A stretch of 64,000 bases of DNA, from NCBI GenBank assembly GCA_026914245.1, contig CP110439.1, positions 620,001-684,000 of the forward strand, in the 5' to 3' direction. The notes beneath the pieces were generated by a model. The model had not been told where the DNA came from, did no database searches, and worked only from the letters and a program-made list of their open reading frames with translations. The translations under genes and the position numbers were made by a program. Shown one piece after another: positions 38,777-50,953 of the stretch; the stretch's first letter is position 1; every line of letters begins with the position of its first letter. The stretch comes from Puccinia triticina (taxonomy: Eukaryota).

Positions 38777-40033
38777 CTCAGGATTTTGAGACGGAATGGC
38801 GGTCTTAGGCTGGATTCTGTTTCCCCTGATCTTTTTCTAGAGTGGTCTTTGCTGAAGACCCTGATCCATTATCAACAACAGATAAATCTTCTTTTGCCTT
38901 GGTTGTCATTCCACCAAGCACATCTTTGTAGGAGCTCATTTCAGGATTGTCGCTTGTTTCCGGATCCTCTTCAGCGTCCAATTGTTCCAGGCTTATCCGG
39001 CAAGATCCCTGTTCCAGGAGGAGACCTACAATCAAGTCGACGTCCTATATTGATTGAGTTTAGTCATGGAGGACCCGCCAGCTCGGATGGTCAGAATTCA
39101 ACCTCAAGATCAAGATCTCGGCTTTGATGGAACAGATGTGGAAAAATTTCTAGAATTGTATGAGGCGGCGGCTGAATTCAATGGCGCCTCTGAAGATGAT
39201 ATGGCCTGGCAACTCTGCCTGTTCATCCATTCGGAGGAAGCCTTTGATATGATTGAAACTTTTGATGGATTCAAGAACCATAGATGGCCCGATCTGAAAG
39301 CGTCGATGCTCGCTTACTGGGGACAAGATGATTTTTACGCAACTGTTGGAACTCGGCAACCACTTCCTTTCCAATCAGCTTCGGAGACTCTTCAATCCAA
39401 TCTCGCGAGGAAACAACCCAAGCCAATGAACGCTTCAGAAGTTCTTTCGGTTTTGTGGCCTCAAGGTCTTCCTCCAGTCAAGAATTCCCCTGCTCCTGTC
39501 ATCGATTCAGAAAGAGAAGAGCAGAACACAGGGCGGGAGCTTGTCAATCGATCGATAGTAATAATTCACACAGAAACCTCTTTGCCTGATTCAGTTGCAT
39601 CACCAGTTCCTGCTGAAAGTTCTCCATCCAGTCCCGCCCGAGAACAGTCTCACGATACCGACTCCTTTGGCCATAAGTTTCTTCCGCATCCTGGTCTTGT
39701 CAAAGATTATCAGATGATAGTCTGCTGTCGGGAAGACGATGATATGTACTTCGAGCAGGATCTTTCTCAACAATCAATGGAAGAGTCTAGTCCCGTCGAG
39801 GCCTCTGTGGCTCAGACTATCTCCTTGTCTCGCCAAATTGCTTCCCTAGCCCTTGTTGAAGATTTTCAATCTGATCCCTCCCAAAGGCAATCTGCCCATC
39901 ACAAGTTTTCCGATGCTCCTTCTGTATCCTTTCCTTCAGTTCTTATTCCTCTTAAGGAGCCCATGCGCGCGGTCCCCGATTCGGAAGCAGAATACAAGAA
40001 CAACGATCTAGAGCCGTCTGATTGAGTGGACGA

Positions 40034-40990
40034 TGTAAGACTCAAAAGTGGTAATGAAACCCTTTTGCTGAATGGTGAAGGGTATGATGGAGTTGCAAGC
40101 TCTGCCCTTCTGTTATCAGTCAACAAGACCCACCAAGCTCAGCTTGGCAAGTTTTATTAAGTGATAGGTCTGGTCTGTTCCAGATGAAATCTGTTTGACT
40201 GGCAACGTGTAAGTGTTTCAATTACTTTGTTATAAGGGTTGAAATGTTGTTATAAGGGTTGAAATGTTGTTATAAGGGTTGATTTATTGTTATAAGGGTT
40301 TTAGGATTTGAGTGTGGATGAGTGTTGGGTGACTTGTCAGTTCTGGGTGAGGAACTGGGGAGCAGGCCACTGGGGGTGGAGAGAGCTCCTTTTATAGACA
40401 AAAGGGGAGCCCCAAAGGGGCTTGTGGGTTAGGGTTTCAGCTAATCTAGACAACAGGGTGAGGGATTTTAGCTGGTGGGAGTAGATACAAATGATGTCAT
40501 AGCCCCTCAGGGGCGCATGAATGGTGTCAGAATATACAACAGAACATTCTAACGCATGCATGAGGTGACAGTAGACTGCATGAGCTGTCATACAGGGGGA
40601 ATTAGTGTATACACAAAGTCTGAGGCTGCAGAAACAGTGTAAATGATGTCATACTATGTATATAAAGGAGTGTATGTAGTTAATATGTAATGAGTGTAGC
40701 CTGACAGGGAGATGTATGTTTGTATCCTGTGATATGTATAAGTGTACTACTGTGAAACTTGGGTTGAGGCAGGTGACAGCTGGGTTACTGGGGCTGGCCG
40801 TGTGATAGGTGTCCATGAGATGTAACTTCCACGCTAGAGGGGGTCCAGGGGTGCTTCCAGTGGTGACTAGGGGTGAAATTGGCCGTAGAATCCATTTCTG
40901 GGGTCCATTTGATGGTATCTTGAGGCCTAGTATGAGTAATTATGTGGCATAGAAAAAACTTTTTATTTTTCCACTTTTCCGTCTACCACA
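40034..40990. mobile_element. Solo LTR, family A, with internal 20-bp tandem repeats
   Basis: Same termini as 33963-34926; 4-bp TSD ACGA; TTGTTATAAGGGTT repeated 4 times at ~40227-40300. Confidence 0.88.
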
Positions 40991-42767
40991 ACGATGAGCC
41001 GAGGGACTGCCAAGCAAGCTTAGATCCCAATATTTTGTTCAGTTTGGATCACAAATTGTCGATGGTGGCCCTGTCAGCCAAGGAAGGAAAGAAGATCATC
41101 GATTTCGGGAAGATAGTCACTCCCCCTGATTCTTGTGAACACCTGATTGAGTTGTTGCATTGCCCAAAGGCTATTTCCGATCAATGTTTCACCCATCCTC
41201 ATATCAATTCCGCCACAAACATCAATTCCAACGGCTTCCTTTTCTTTCTGATCTTGAACGGTGCCGCGGACCCTAGCTTGGCGCAGAGGCGAACAGGTGT
41301 GGGCCCCAATCATCTCATCACATCCAAATATAGCCTCCGAGAAGAGGTTAAACTATCTCCAGATTCTTCCCCCAGCCCAAGTTCAGATTCCAAGTCTATA
41401 GGCCAGCTCCGCCCAACTGCAAAGCCCTTGGCGTCTTTTCCGATCCGCCTCTGTGATGAGGCTACACTACCATCTCAACGCTTATCCCATTCCTTCGATA
41501 CTCGATCCTCTTCTTTGGTATCTCCTCGATCCTCTTCCAATCATCAAGGTTATCAATCTCCGTCTTCCCCTCCATCTCTGATCCGCCTCTGCAATGAGGA
41601 TAAACTAGCGTCCGTTTCAGTCACCAATCGCCTCCGCAATGAGGAGAAGCTAGCGTCCCTAGATGAAATGGATAGGGTGGATGAGGAGGATATGGGCTTG
41701 CTGTGGAGGTTTGGGAGAGGCAAAAGTAAGTTCCTCCCAATGTGCACCTCCAAGGGTAGATACCCACCAGCTTGTAAAAACTCTACGACCTGCCACACTC
41801 GTGAGCGCCTGGTGGGACCTTTATTTTTTTTGTTCTTTAGTGCTCCAGGTCTTCCTCAACATCCTCAAGACTCAAGACAGATGAAGAGCAGTCTAGGGAC
41901 AGACTGCAAATGGTGGGTGGATGTGGTGGCCATATGGGTACAGGGCCTCAAGATCAAGGCACACGGACCACACATCAAGATCAGCAAGACCCCACCAACA
42001 GCTTCCATACCTCCAAGGATTCCTTCCCTCCCTCTTTTCTTTCTTTCTCTTCTATTATTCCCCCTTCTCTTCCTCACCTGTGTTGGTTTTCTTTATTACT
42101 TTGGTTGTTTTCTTTTTCTTGTTGTCTTAGACATTTTGTCCTAGGTATCAGTGGAGTGGGTTGGTTTTTGTTTTGAGTTTTGCTTGTTTGTTTTGTTTTT
42201 TTTTCTCTTCTTTTGTTTCTCATCCTCTCATCCTAGTTGTACGGGCGCGGCGGGCACGAGGGCTTGTTGCGCGGCATGTCGCGGGCCTGAATCCAAGTTC
42301 AGCCAAACTTGGAGGAAGGATCCGCATGGTATCCACCTCCAAACAACGAGGAATATCATCAAGTTTTGAGTTTTTGAGTCTATTGATCCGGATCGTGTTG
42401 ATCCACTCCCGCAGCTTTCTGAGTTTGAGTACAGGAGTCTTTCTGAGTTTCCCCCCCCCCCCCCCCCCTTCATAAGATCACTTCCCAATATTCCGACAAC
42501 CGCGCCGGCTCCCTCTGAATTCCTTCTTTACTGAGCTTTTCCATCCAACCAAACCGCCAAGGGTATTCCATCCCATCGTTCTTTCTCAACAAATCCCCCC
42601 CCTCAACCGCTATCGCATCTTTCGACCCGTACCAATACTTTTTGCAGGACCACCGACGAGGGCAGCACTCAGCACCATCCCCTCAACTGACTGCCACGGC
42701 TCAGACCCAACAGGAGTCCATAGCAATAGTGTTTTCTATCCCGAAGGATCAATTCTCTCCTCGCACG

Positions 42768-45700
42768 ATGTCGGACGCTTCCGGCTCAAAGCCGATACCG
42801 GCTCTCACCCTTGGAGTGGGCCTGAATGACGACCACTCTTCCCCAAAGATTCAAGGAGCTAAGCACCTGACTCCGACTCAAACTACTCGGACTGGGAGTA
42901 TCAGGTTACGATGCTTCTAGATAACGCCAATCTGCTGTACGTCCTCACGCCCATCGCACCAAAAGAACGACCAGCTACCTGGGCAAGAGACAACAAAGCC
43001 GTCTGCACCCTCCTCTCCCAAATTGTCGATCCGACGAATTTTCGCTACACCAAACCGCATCGAACTGATGCTGCCAAGGCGTGGGAAGCTCTTCGTTTGG
43101 CTCATAAGGACTGTTCGGCTGGGGGTCGCATGTACTGGCTCCGAAAACTCTCCACCTCCAAAATGGAAACTGAATACATGCTAGACCATATTGACTCCGT
43201 CGCTAAAGTGGCGGAACGTCTCGACGAGCTTGTCACTGAGGAAAAACCCCTTACCACCGACAAAATCCACGCAACAGCTCTCATCAACTCTCTCCCAAGT
43301 GACTGGATCAACTGTATTTCCTCCCTCATGAATCAACCTAAAATTTCAGCGGAACAGGTTGCCATGTCTCTCCAAAGCAAATATCTTTGTAGAAAGACGT
43401 ACAACGACGATGAACCCGTCGCGGTTTCCTCAACCAAGGCCAAACATCACGTGGAGAAATCCTCCTCTTCCAATCCAGCCAGTCAAGGAGGACGAAACTC
43501 CCGCTCTTCCCCTCGCCATTGCGACTTCTGCAACATGGACGGCCACGACCTGAACAATTGCAGGAACACCCGTGCTATACTGGCCAACCATAAGGCAGGT
43601 CAGAAACCCAGGTCGGAAGCCAAGAATCAGGAAAGACGCCCGGATCACCCAACTAAACCTGCAGCTAAAGCGGGTCGCACCTCGGCCGCCACCCTCGGTA
43701 AGTCGTCACACCGATACGAGGAGGATGAGGAATCTGACTACTCAGGGTCTCAACTTGAAGTCGTCGCTGGCAATGCAGTCGCTGCCCTCTTGGCTTCCCC
43801 GGGTGCACGCGCAGGAGGCGATGCCAATCTCAACTCCGGATGCTCCTTCTCGATGACCCCTGACTTGACAACTGTTGAAAATCCCAAACCAGACCACACT
43901 CCCATTCGTCTCGCCGACCATTCAGTGGTTGAAGCCACCCACAGAGGCACAGCCAAACTACCAATCGATGGCGATGTCAAAGTTAAAACTCTGGTTGTTC
44001 CCTCTCTTCATTAACCTCTTCTTTCAATTGCTGCAATGTGCGACGCCGGTGTCACAGCAGTATTCACAAAATCCTCCTGCAACCTCTACCATTCGGACTC
44101 GACTCAAATATCCGGATCTCTCTCAGGTCGAGGTCACCGACGCGGAAATCTGTACTACCTGGCAGCGGAGCCTGTGAGCTCTCATTCCACTAAGACGCTA
44201 ACCCCCTCACCCATTGACAATTCCCTTCTGTCGTACCACTATCGTTTCTCCCACATTGGATTAAAACCCCTCAAAGCCGTTCTAAAACGCCATCAAATCA
44301 ACCCCTCAATCATGAACGAGATCGAGGTGCAACAATGTCCCATCTGCGTTCAATCAAAAATGCCGCAAAACTCGTTCCGATCTCGCTCTGCATACCGATC
44401 AACCCTCCCGGGCAAGCTGATTCACTCTGACGTCAGTTTGTATGAGGTTGTATCATGCGAGGGGTATAAATACTTCATCACTTTTATCGACGATTGTTCT
44501 AAATTTCTCCAAGTCTACCCTATGAAATTAAAAAGCAATTCATTCGCATGCTTTAAAACCTTCCGTGCTTTCTTTGAGAAATCCAGCGCCCACAAGATAC
44601 TTGCTCTTTGCACCAATAACGGCGGAGAGTACTTATCAAATCAATTTACTTCCTATCTGTCGTCGGCAGGCATCAAACACGAGCCTGGCCCTCCTCATTC
44701 GCCAGAACTAAATGGTGTGGCAGAGCGCACAAACCGGACAATAAGTAATCTGGTGAGATGCTCACTTCTTCAAGCAAAACTCCCGAAATCGTTCTGGGCT
44801 GATGCTCTCCGACATGCGATCTTCCCTTACAACTCCTTCCCCTGCAAGACCTCAAGTGGATTCCTAGCTCCCGCCTTGATAATGGGGGATCACAAGGTGG
44901 ATATCAAAAAACTCCGTCCCTTTGGCTGCCTCGTATGGTACAAGGTACCGGAGGCAAACCGCAAGAAACTCGATTGGAAGGGGCGTGCCTCAATCCTCCT
45001 GTCTTATCTCTCGGACGGGAACGGTTTCAGATTGTGGGATCTTGAGAACCGCTCGGTTGTTAAGTCCCGTGATGTTATATTTAATGACACGTTATTCCCC
45101 TACGGAGCAAAACTAAACTCCCCTTCCGAATCGATTGCAGTGGAATTGTCCTGGCCCCATCTCAAAAACTCTCTGTCACCACAGGTCTCTCCCCCACTCC
45201 AACTATCCAACCAGGAGGAACAACCTCCCGGCGTCGACCTTGCCACCACCACCCACTCGTTTACCCCCGAGGGTTGCTACGCCTGATTTGCCACCTCTCA
45301 ATGTACCTCTCCAGCCCCGCTTTGACCGACGCCTGACAGCCTCAATTCACGCGCCGGGTAATGCCCCACAAAATCCAGACACAATTTCCTCAGGGACTGA
45401 TTCCCCAAGACGCACCCCCTTCCAATCTCCCACACATTCCTCTCTTGATGATCTCTCTACTCAAGATATTTCGATCATCTCTCTTCCTCCACTTCCCTCT
45501 TCCCCCCCTTGTTCCCCTGCTCTCTCTTCTCATCGTTCTCCTTCTCACTCACCCCTTCCCTCGCCGCCTCGCTCACCGCCCTCCAATCCTCAATCGACGC
45601 CCTCGAACACTCCCGGTGTCCCTCAGTCTTCACCGCCAAAAGCTCCGTCCCCAAAGCCTCCTTCACCGCCTCCTCGACGATGTTCAGGGCGAGAGCGCAG

Positions 45701-47270
45701 AGCACCCGATTGTTACGGCCAATGGTCAAAGAACGCGACTGTGGACTCGGACATCAATACACCAAAAACTTGGCGCCAGCTCCTGAAATCCCCAAATAAA
45801 CACCGTTGGCTGAAGGCTGCCGAAGATGAGTTTGCTTCCCTATTGGGAATGCAAACTTGGAAACTCATACCCCGTCCGGATAAAAGAAAAATAATCAAGT
45901 CCAAGTGGGTCTTCAAGGTCAAACGCCGACCTGATCAGACAATCCAAAAACTCAAAGCCCGCCTGGTAGCCATGGGATATTCTCAGGTCCAGGGCCTAGA
46001 CTATGATGAAGTCTTCTCACCGACACTTCGTCTGGAAACCCTCCGTCTCATTTTTTCCCTTCTAGCAAGCCGCGGGTGGAAAGGCCGCCAGGTTGATTTC
46101 AAGACAGCCTTCTTAAACGGACACCTCGATAAACCGATCTACATGGAGCAGCTGCCGGGTTTCGAGGACCCTCACCATCCCGACTGGGTATGCGAAGTGA
46201 CCCGCTCGATATACGGATTGAAACAATCTCCCCGCCAATGGAACCGTGAGCTTCACAAAGCTCTCCTAAACCTTGGTCTTAAGAACTCTCATTATGATCC
46301 CACCCTGTACTTCAAACTAGCCGAAGGGAAACTCATAGGTGCTTTGACCACACACGTCAATGATCTAGCCATTGTCGGCGAACCTTCCTTCGTAGACTCC
46401 CTCATATCCTCCGTTGGCAAACAATTCAAGATTGGCGCCAACAAAGACCTCAATCACTTTCTCTCGCTGCAAATCACCCGCGACATACCTGCCCCATTCC
46501 TCTTCCTCAATCAAAGTCACTACATCTCAGAAATATGTGATCGGTTCCTAGAGTCTAACTGTGTGTCAGTCGCCACCCCACGTCGCCCAAATGAACCTAC
46601 GTCTCCTGGGCCCTACCCACAACTTATTGGTGCACTTCTCTGGGTCTCACAGTGTACCCGGCCGGATATCTCCTTTGCTGTCAATCGACTCTCTCAGTAC
46701 CTGCGGGATCCATCCGTTGCTCACTGATCCGCAGCGGTGAGAGTCCTGAATTATCTCCTTGCCACCAAAGATCTGAAACTGCGTTTGGGCGGCAATCTTG
46801 TATGTTCCGGTTACTCAGACTCAGACTGGGCCAAGGATCGAGACAATCAAAGGTCCACCTCTGCATACACATATTGCATCGGAGATGGAGCAATATCCTG
46901 GAAGTCCAGGAAGCAGGCAACGGTCTCCCTTTCCAGCACCGAGGCAGAATACAAGGCCTTGTCGGATTCCTGCAAAGAGGCACTCTGGCTTCGTCATCTT
47001 TTAACAGAACTCTGTCTCCGCCCGGACACCGCGATTCCCCTACACGTTGACAATGAAGGCGCTGAGGCACTTGCGAAAAATCCCGAACACCACGCCCGCA
47101 CAAATTAGCACATTCATGCCCGGTATCACTTTATCCGGGAATGCGTGCAGGAGGGCGATATCTCATTGCTTCATGTGTCGACTAAAGATATGGTTGCCGA
47201 CATGTTAACCAAACCGCTTGCCCGCGTCACCCTTGAGAGACATAGGACCCTATTTGGACTGGTCACATAA
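42768..47270 (+). pseudogene. Copia gag-pol with stops (44012, 46725, 47106) and frameshifts
   Basis: CDFCNMDGHDLNNC knuckle, LNSGCS (degenerate protease site), HYRFSH..CPIC, NNGGEY, LNGVAER, LKARLVAMG, YSDSDWA. Confidence 0.9.
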
Positions 47271-47995
47271 TCCCTTGGCTCACATCTCTCTCCCATTCCT
47301 CCTTCCGGTTTCTCCCTTCTTCTTCCTCTTCTTCCCCTTTCTTTCTTCTTCCCCTTTCTTTCCTCTTCCCTCTCTGATTTCCTCCTTCCTACATTTCTCT
47401 CTTCTTCTGTTTTCATGTGTGCAGCAAGGGGGGGTGTTGAGATATTGGTTTCAGTTGTGTTTTCTCTTCTCTTTCTATGCTTTACACATTTCACCCAGGT
47501 TTCACAGATCATTTCACATGTATGTAGTATACCTGAGCTCAGCGGGCGTGGAAGGATTTCTCCCTCATCCTTCCACCACCATTGCCCACTTGACCCGCCT
47601 TGTGCCCGCTGGTCTCAGGTATAGTAGCTCTCTCTTTCTTTCTTGTTGTCCTTCTTTGTTCTTCTGCTTCTCTAGTCTGATATGAAATGATTATCATCCT
47701 TCCACCACCATTGCCCACTCGACCCGCCTCGTGCCCGCTGGTCTCAGCCTTTGTTTAGCTTATCACTTTTTGGAGCCCGCAACTCCAAGCAGATAATTCA
47801 GGTAGTGATGCAAATCCCATACCTACTACATAAACACCCCCCAAAGCCTGACAAAAGATGCACACATTTTCTATGATCACCCTCAAAGGCATTTTGGTTC
47901 TTTTTTACATTTTTGAAGAGCACCTTCCAGAGGTTTTGCCCAATTTGTCATACCTTTCTCAATACCCCCTCTTGGGGGGCTTGCCAGGGTCTTAT

Positions 47996-48326
47996 CAACG
48001 GTGGGCCCGCTCTACTAACTGGAGCATTAGCATTAGTGGTGTGTAATGTATGTAGCTGAATTCAGCTAACCTTGAGTGTAGTGTTAGCACAATTTCGCCG
48101 GATCTGCGCTAATGCGACGCACACAGGGCTACAAAAAGCGCCCGCTACACTGTGCTACAGTAGGTTTTAGAATTTTTTTGCCGCTAACAGCGCTGTAGCT
48201 TAGCATAACTCAGCGTAGCAGCGTTAGCGGCGCGCTAACAATACAGACAAAAGGGGGTGCTGATAGTGCTGCTACGCTAACGCTAAGTGACCCTGTAGCG
48301 TAGTCTAGCATAGCGGCCCACTGTTG
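47996..48326. mobile_element. MITE, same TIR family as 33049
   Basis: CAACGGTGGGCC...GGCCCACTGTTG, 7-bp TSD GTCTTAT/GTCCTAT, TAGCG subrepeats. Confidence 0.78.
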
Positions 48327-48333
48327 GTCCTAT

Positions 48334-48671
48334 CAGCAATGGGCCACTGAACTACACTAACGTTATTGGACAATAACTGTTAGTGTAGCCATTTTATTGA
48401 CTCCCAAATTCATGTTATTTGTTATCTGAGATCCAGTATCCATACTAACAATAACAGGAAATAACAGCAGTAACAACAATAGCAGGCCTTTTATTGCTAC
48501 TAACAGGATACAATAACAGTTATTGCTGTTATCCATCACTATTTCCTGGGCAAGTTCCTGTATTGTTAGCAACACAAAAAACAAGATAACAGAAAATGTT
48601 GTTATTGTTAGCTGGTTTTGGCTAAAATACACTACACTAACAAATAACGTTAGTGTATTGGCCCACCGTTG
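48334..48671. mobile_element. Second MITE with related TIR and TAACA/TGTTA subrepeats
   Basis: CAGCAATGGGCCA...TGGCCCACCGTTG, flanked by GTCCTAT/GTTCTAT. Confidence 0.68.
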
Positions 48672-48925
48672 GTTCTATCAAAGCTCATCCAGCTCAAAAG
48701 TTGGTAAGTATGAAGATTGATTTAGTGTTGATCTCTGCATGGTAGGTAAATATTTAAATGCACAAAAACTCCAAAAAAAGAAGGGCTGATCTAAGCTTTC
48801 GCAGGAACACGACTGTATGCTGCGTACTTATAAATCAAGGGTTGGATTGATCAAAGTTGAACAATGTGAAGATCCTTCTTCCTTCCTTCAGTATGCTGCA
48901 AGTTTCCATCGGATCACGAAAGTTG

Positions 48926-49759
48926 TTAAAATTGACGGTTGAGGAGCCAAAGTTGCGTAGCCGCAGGTTTTTTTCTCTTTTTTTCTTTTTCTTTTGCCCC
49001 GTCAGCTCCTCCGTCCGGTAAAGCCTGCTGGCAGCCCTCCCAGGCTCGTAATTCAATGGTCGTTCCCCTCTTGTCGATATTGATTGAAATCCTTTCACCT
49101 AGATCGGGGCCGATAGTTCTTTTATGAGATAATTGACGAGCATGGGGATCATATATGCAATAGATGACTGAATGAGTTTTGGATAGGTTCAACATTTTGA
49201 TCGATCTCGACCGTTCGAAATTTTTCCAGTCACCCTCCTTCTCCAAGCGAAGACTGATATGTTTTTCTTGGTTATTGGCCGTCACCCCTCCTTTGGCATG
49301 GATCTTGGTCGTGATCATGACAGTCGGCTCGAGTCTCTTCAATTCACCATATTCGGGTGTCTTCCAGACTACCGGAGGGGGTCCCGAAGGTTGGCCCGCG
49401 ATAGCCCCGTTGTGGGAGGTACCCGCCGCGTGTTCAGCAACCTGGGTCGAATGATCGCCGAGGATCTTGGTCGTGGTCAAGACATCCGGTTTCAGTCTCG
49501 TCAATTCACCATATTCGCGTTGCTTCCAGACTACCGGAGGGAGATTTGAAGGTTGGCCCGCGGTAGCCGCGTAGTGGGAGGTACCCGCCGCGTGTTCAGC
49601 AACCTGGGTCGAATGATCGCCGAGGTTGAAGAACGATGAGAAATCATATTCAGGAACCTCTGTTCTCCGTCCAGAAACGACAGCCTCTAATTCACTACTC
49701 TTGTTCTTCGCAACGAGAAACGCCAACCAAATTGATAGAAGGAAGAAGTTGTTCCTCAT
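48926..49759 (-). CDS. Secreted protein / candidate effector (277 aa) with a 54-aa tandem duplication
   Basis: Hydrophobic N-terminus MRNNFFLLSIWLAFLVAKNKS; 162-bp internal repeat; paralog of the neighbouring gene. Confidence 0.75.
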   Translation of the reverse strand: MRNNFFLLSIWLAFLVAKNKSSELEAVVSGRRTEVPEYDFSSFFNLGDHSTQVAEHAAGTSHYAATAGQPSNLPPVVWKQREYGELTRLKPDVLTTTKILGDHSTQVAEHAAGTSHNGAIAGQPSGPPPVVWKTPEYGELKRLEPTVMITTKIHAKGGVTANNQEKHISLRLEKEGDWKNFERSRSIKMLNLSKTHSVIYCIYDPHARQLSHKRTIGPDLGERISINIDKRGTTIELRAWEGCQQALPDGGADGAKEKEKKRKKPAATQLWLLNRQF

Positions 49760-50269
49760 CTTCGTGTCTCTTGAGTCTTGCGATCAAACTATGTGGCGGA
49801 AAGATAGTACGAATAGGTCTATGAGCTAATCAGTGACTGAAACGGGATTTGCGTGAAGATAACCGACATACCTTGTGAGGTAGTTTAGGAGACTCGGGCT
49901 CCGGGTTGCTAAGAAATCAATGCGATTATGATTATGCGGAGCTTCGGAAAAGTGTGCAGGAAGGAAATGAGCGGAGACGGCTTGGATGAACAAACAGCTG
50001 GCTCATTTTATAGACGCTATTGATGCAGTATTTATGTACTGCTTTTCTTTCTTGTACTGTCACTCCTCCTATGTAGATGATTTGTCGCAAAAGCAATACT
50101 TCGCGACACCCCCCTGGCCCAAGATGGCTTGACACACTTGCAATCTTGTCGCCAACGATTCGATACTCTGTGACACGCTTAACACTCCGGGAAAAGCGAT
50201 ATTTAACGCGAATCGGGGTTCTTCAGGATGCAAGAGGCTGAGTGGGGACAGACCAGTCGGTCGTCGGGA

Positions 50270-50670
50270 GGGTTGCCAGTCATCAAGAGGGGTACATCCC
50301 CTCGATGACCGGTCTGTACCGGCCATCGAGAGAGCTGATTCCTCCCGATGGCCGGTCTATTCCGGCCATTGAGAGGATTCAACCCTCCTGATGACCAGTA
50401 CAGACCAGGCCTCGGGAGGGCTTATTCCTCTTGATGACCCCCCTTGATCACCGGTCTCTCTGTACCGGTCATCAAGAGGAATCAAGCCTCCCGACGACCG
50501 ACTGGTCCGCGCCGGTCATTGGGAGGGTTGAATCCCCTCGATGACCGGAACAGACCCCTCCCAATGACTACACAGCTCATTGAGAGGACTCCACACTGTT
50601 GATGACTGGTACACACCGGTTATCAAGAGGGATGTGTCCCCTCGATGGCCGGTCTACCGTTCACCGGCTT
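50270..50670. repeat. Array of palindromic CCCTCGATGACCGG..CCGGTCATCGAGAGG units (MITE-like)
   Basis: Repeated diverged ~40-bp self-complementary units. Confidence 0.65.
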
Positions 50671-50953
50671 TGTGTGTGCGAAGTGTTGTTTGGGGGCAGC
50701 TCGCGCAACGAGTTATCCTCTGTGCGCAAAGTAAATCCGTTCAAAAATCACCATTTTTGATCTTCACATATCAAGTTTTTGGACTCCTTGATGAAGAATC
50801 CTATTTGTGGCTGGTTGCCTGGTTTCTAATTGTGGATTTGGTATATTTGATACCCCCTACCATCTATATTTAAAAAATGAAGTGTTGGAGCAATAAAAAA
50901 CCTTCTTCTTTCCCGCATTGCTTGATTTTTCACCTGAGCCTGGAACAAGCCTT

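Larger units (their letters stand above)
37932..42722 (+). mobile_element. Non-autonomous Gypsy-derived LTR element nested in Copia
   Basis: ~800-bp LTRs 37932-38723 and 41922-42722 (TG..TA), TSD GCGA/GCAA, tRNA-Tyr-derived PBS, gag-like ORF 39054-40025 (FDGTDVEKFLELYEAAA) that continues in frame after the solo LTR; no RT or integrase. Confidence 0.88.
37530..47765 (+). mobile_element. Full-length Ty1/Copia LTR retrotransposon with nested insertions in its 5' UTR
   Basis: 331-bp LTRs 37530-37860 and 47435-47765 (4 mismatches seen), 5-bp TSD CTTTT, PBS GGTTATGAGCCC, PPT AGCAAGGGGGGG. Confidence 0.95.

Noticed and set aside
40942..42144. Independent 400-aa gene
   Set aside because: Chimeric frame spanning a solo-LTR end, retroelement interior and 3' LTR
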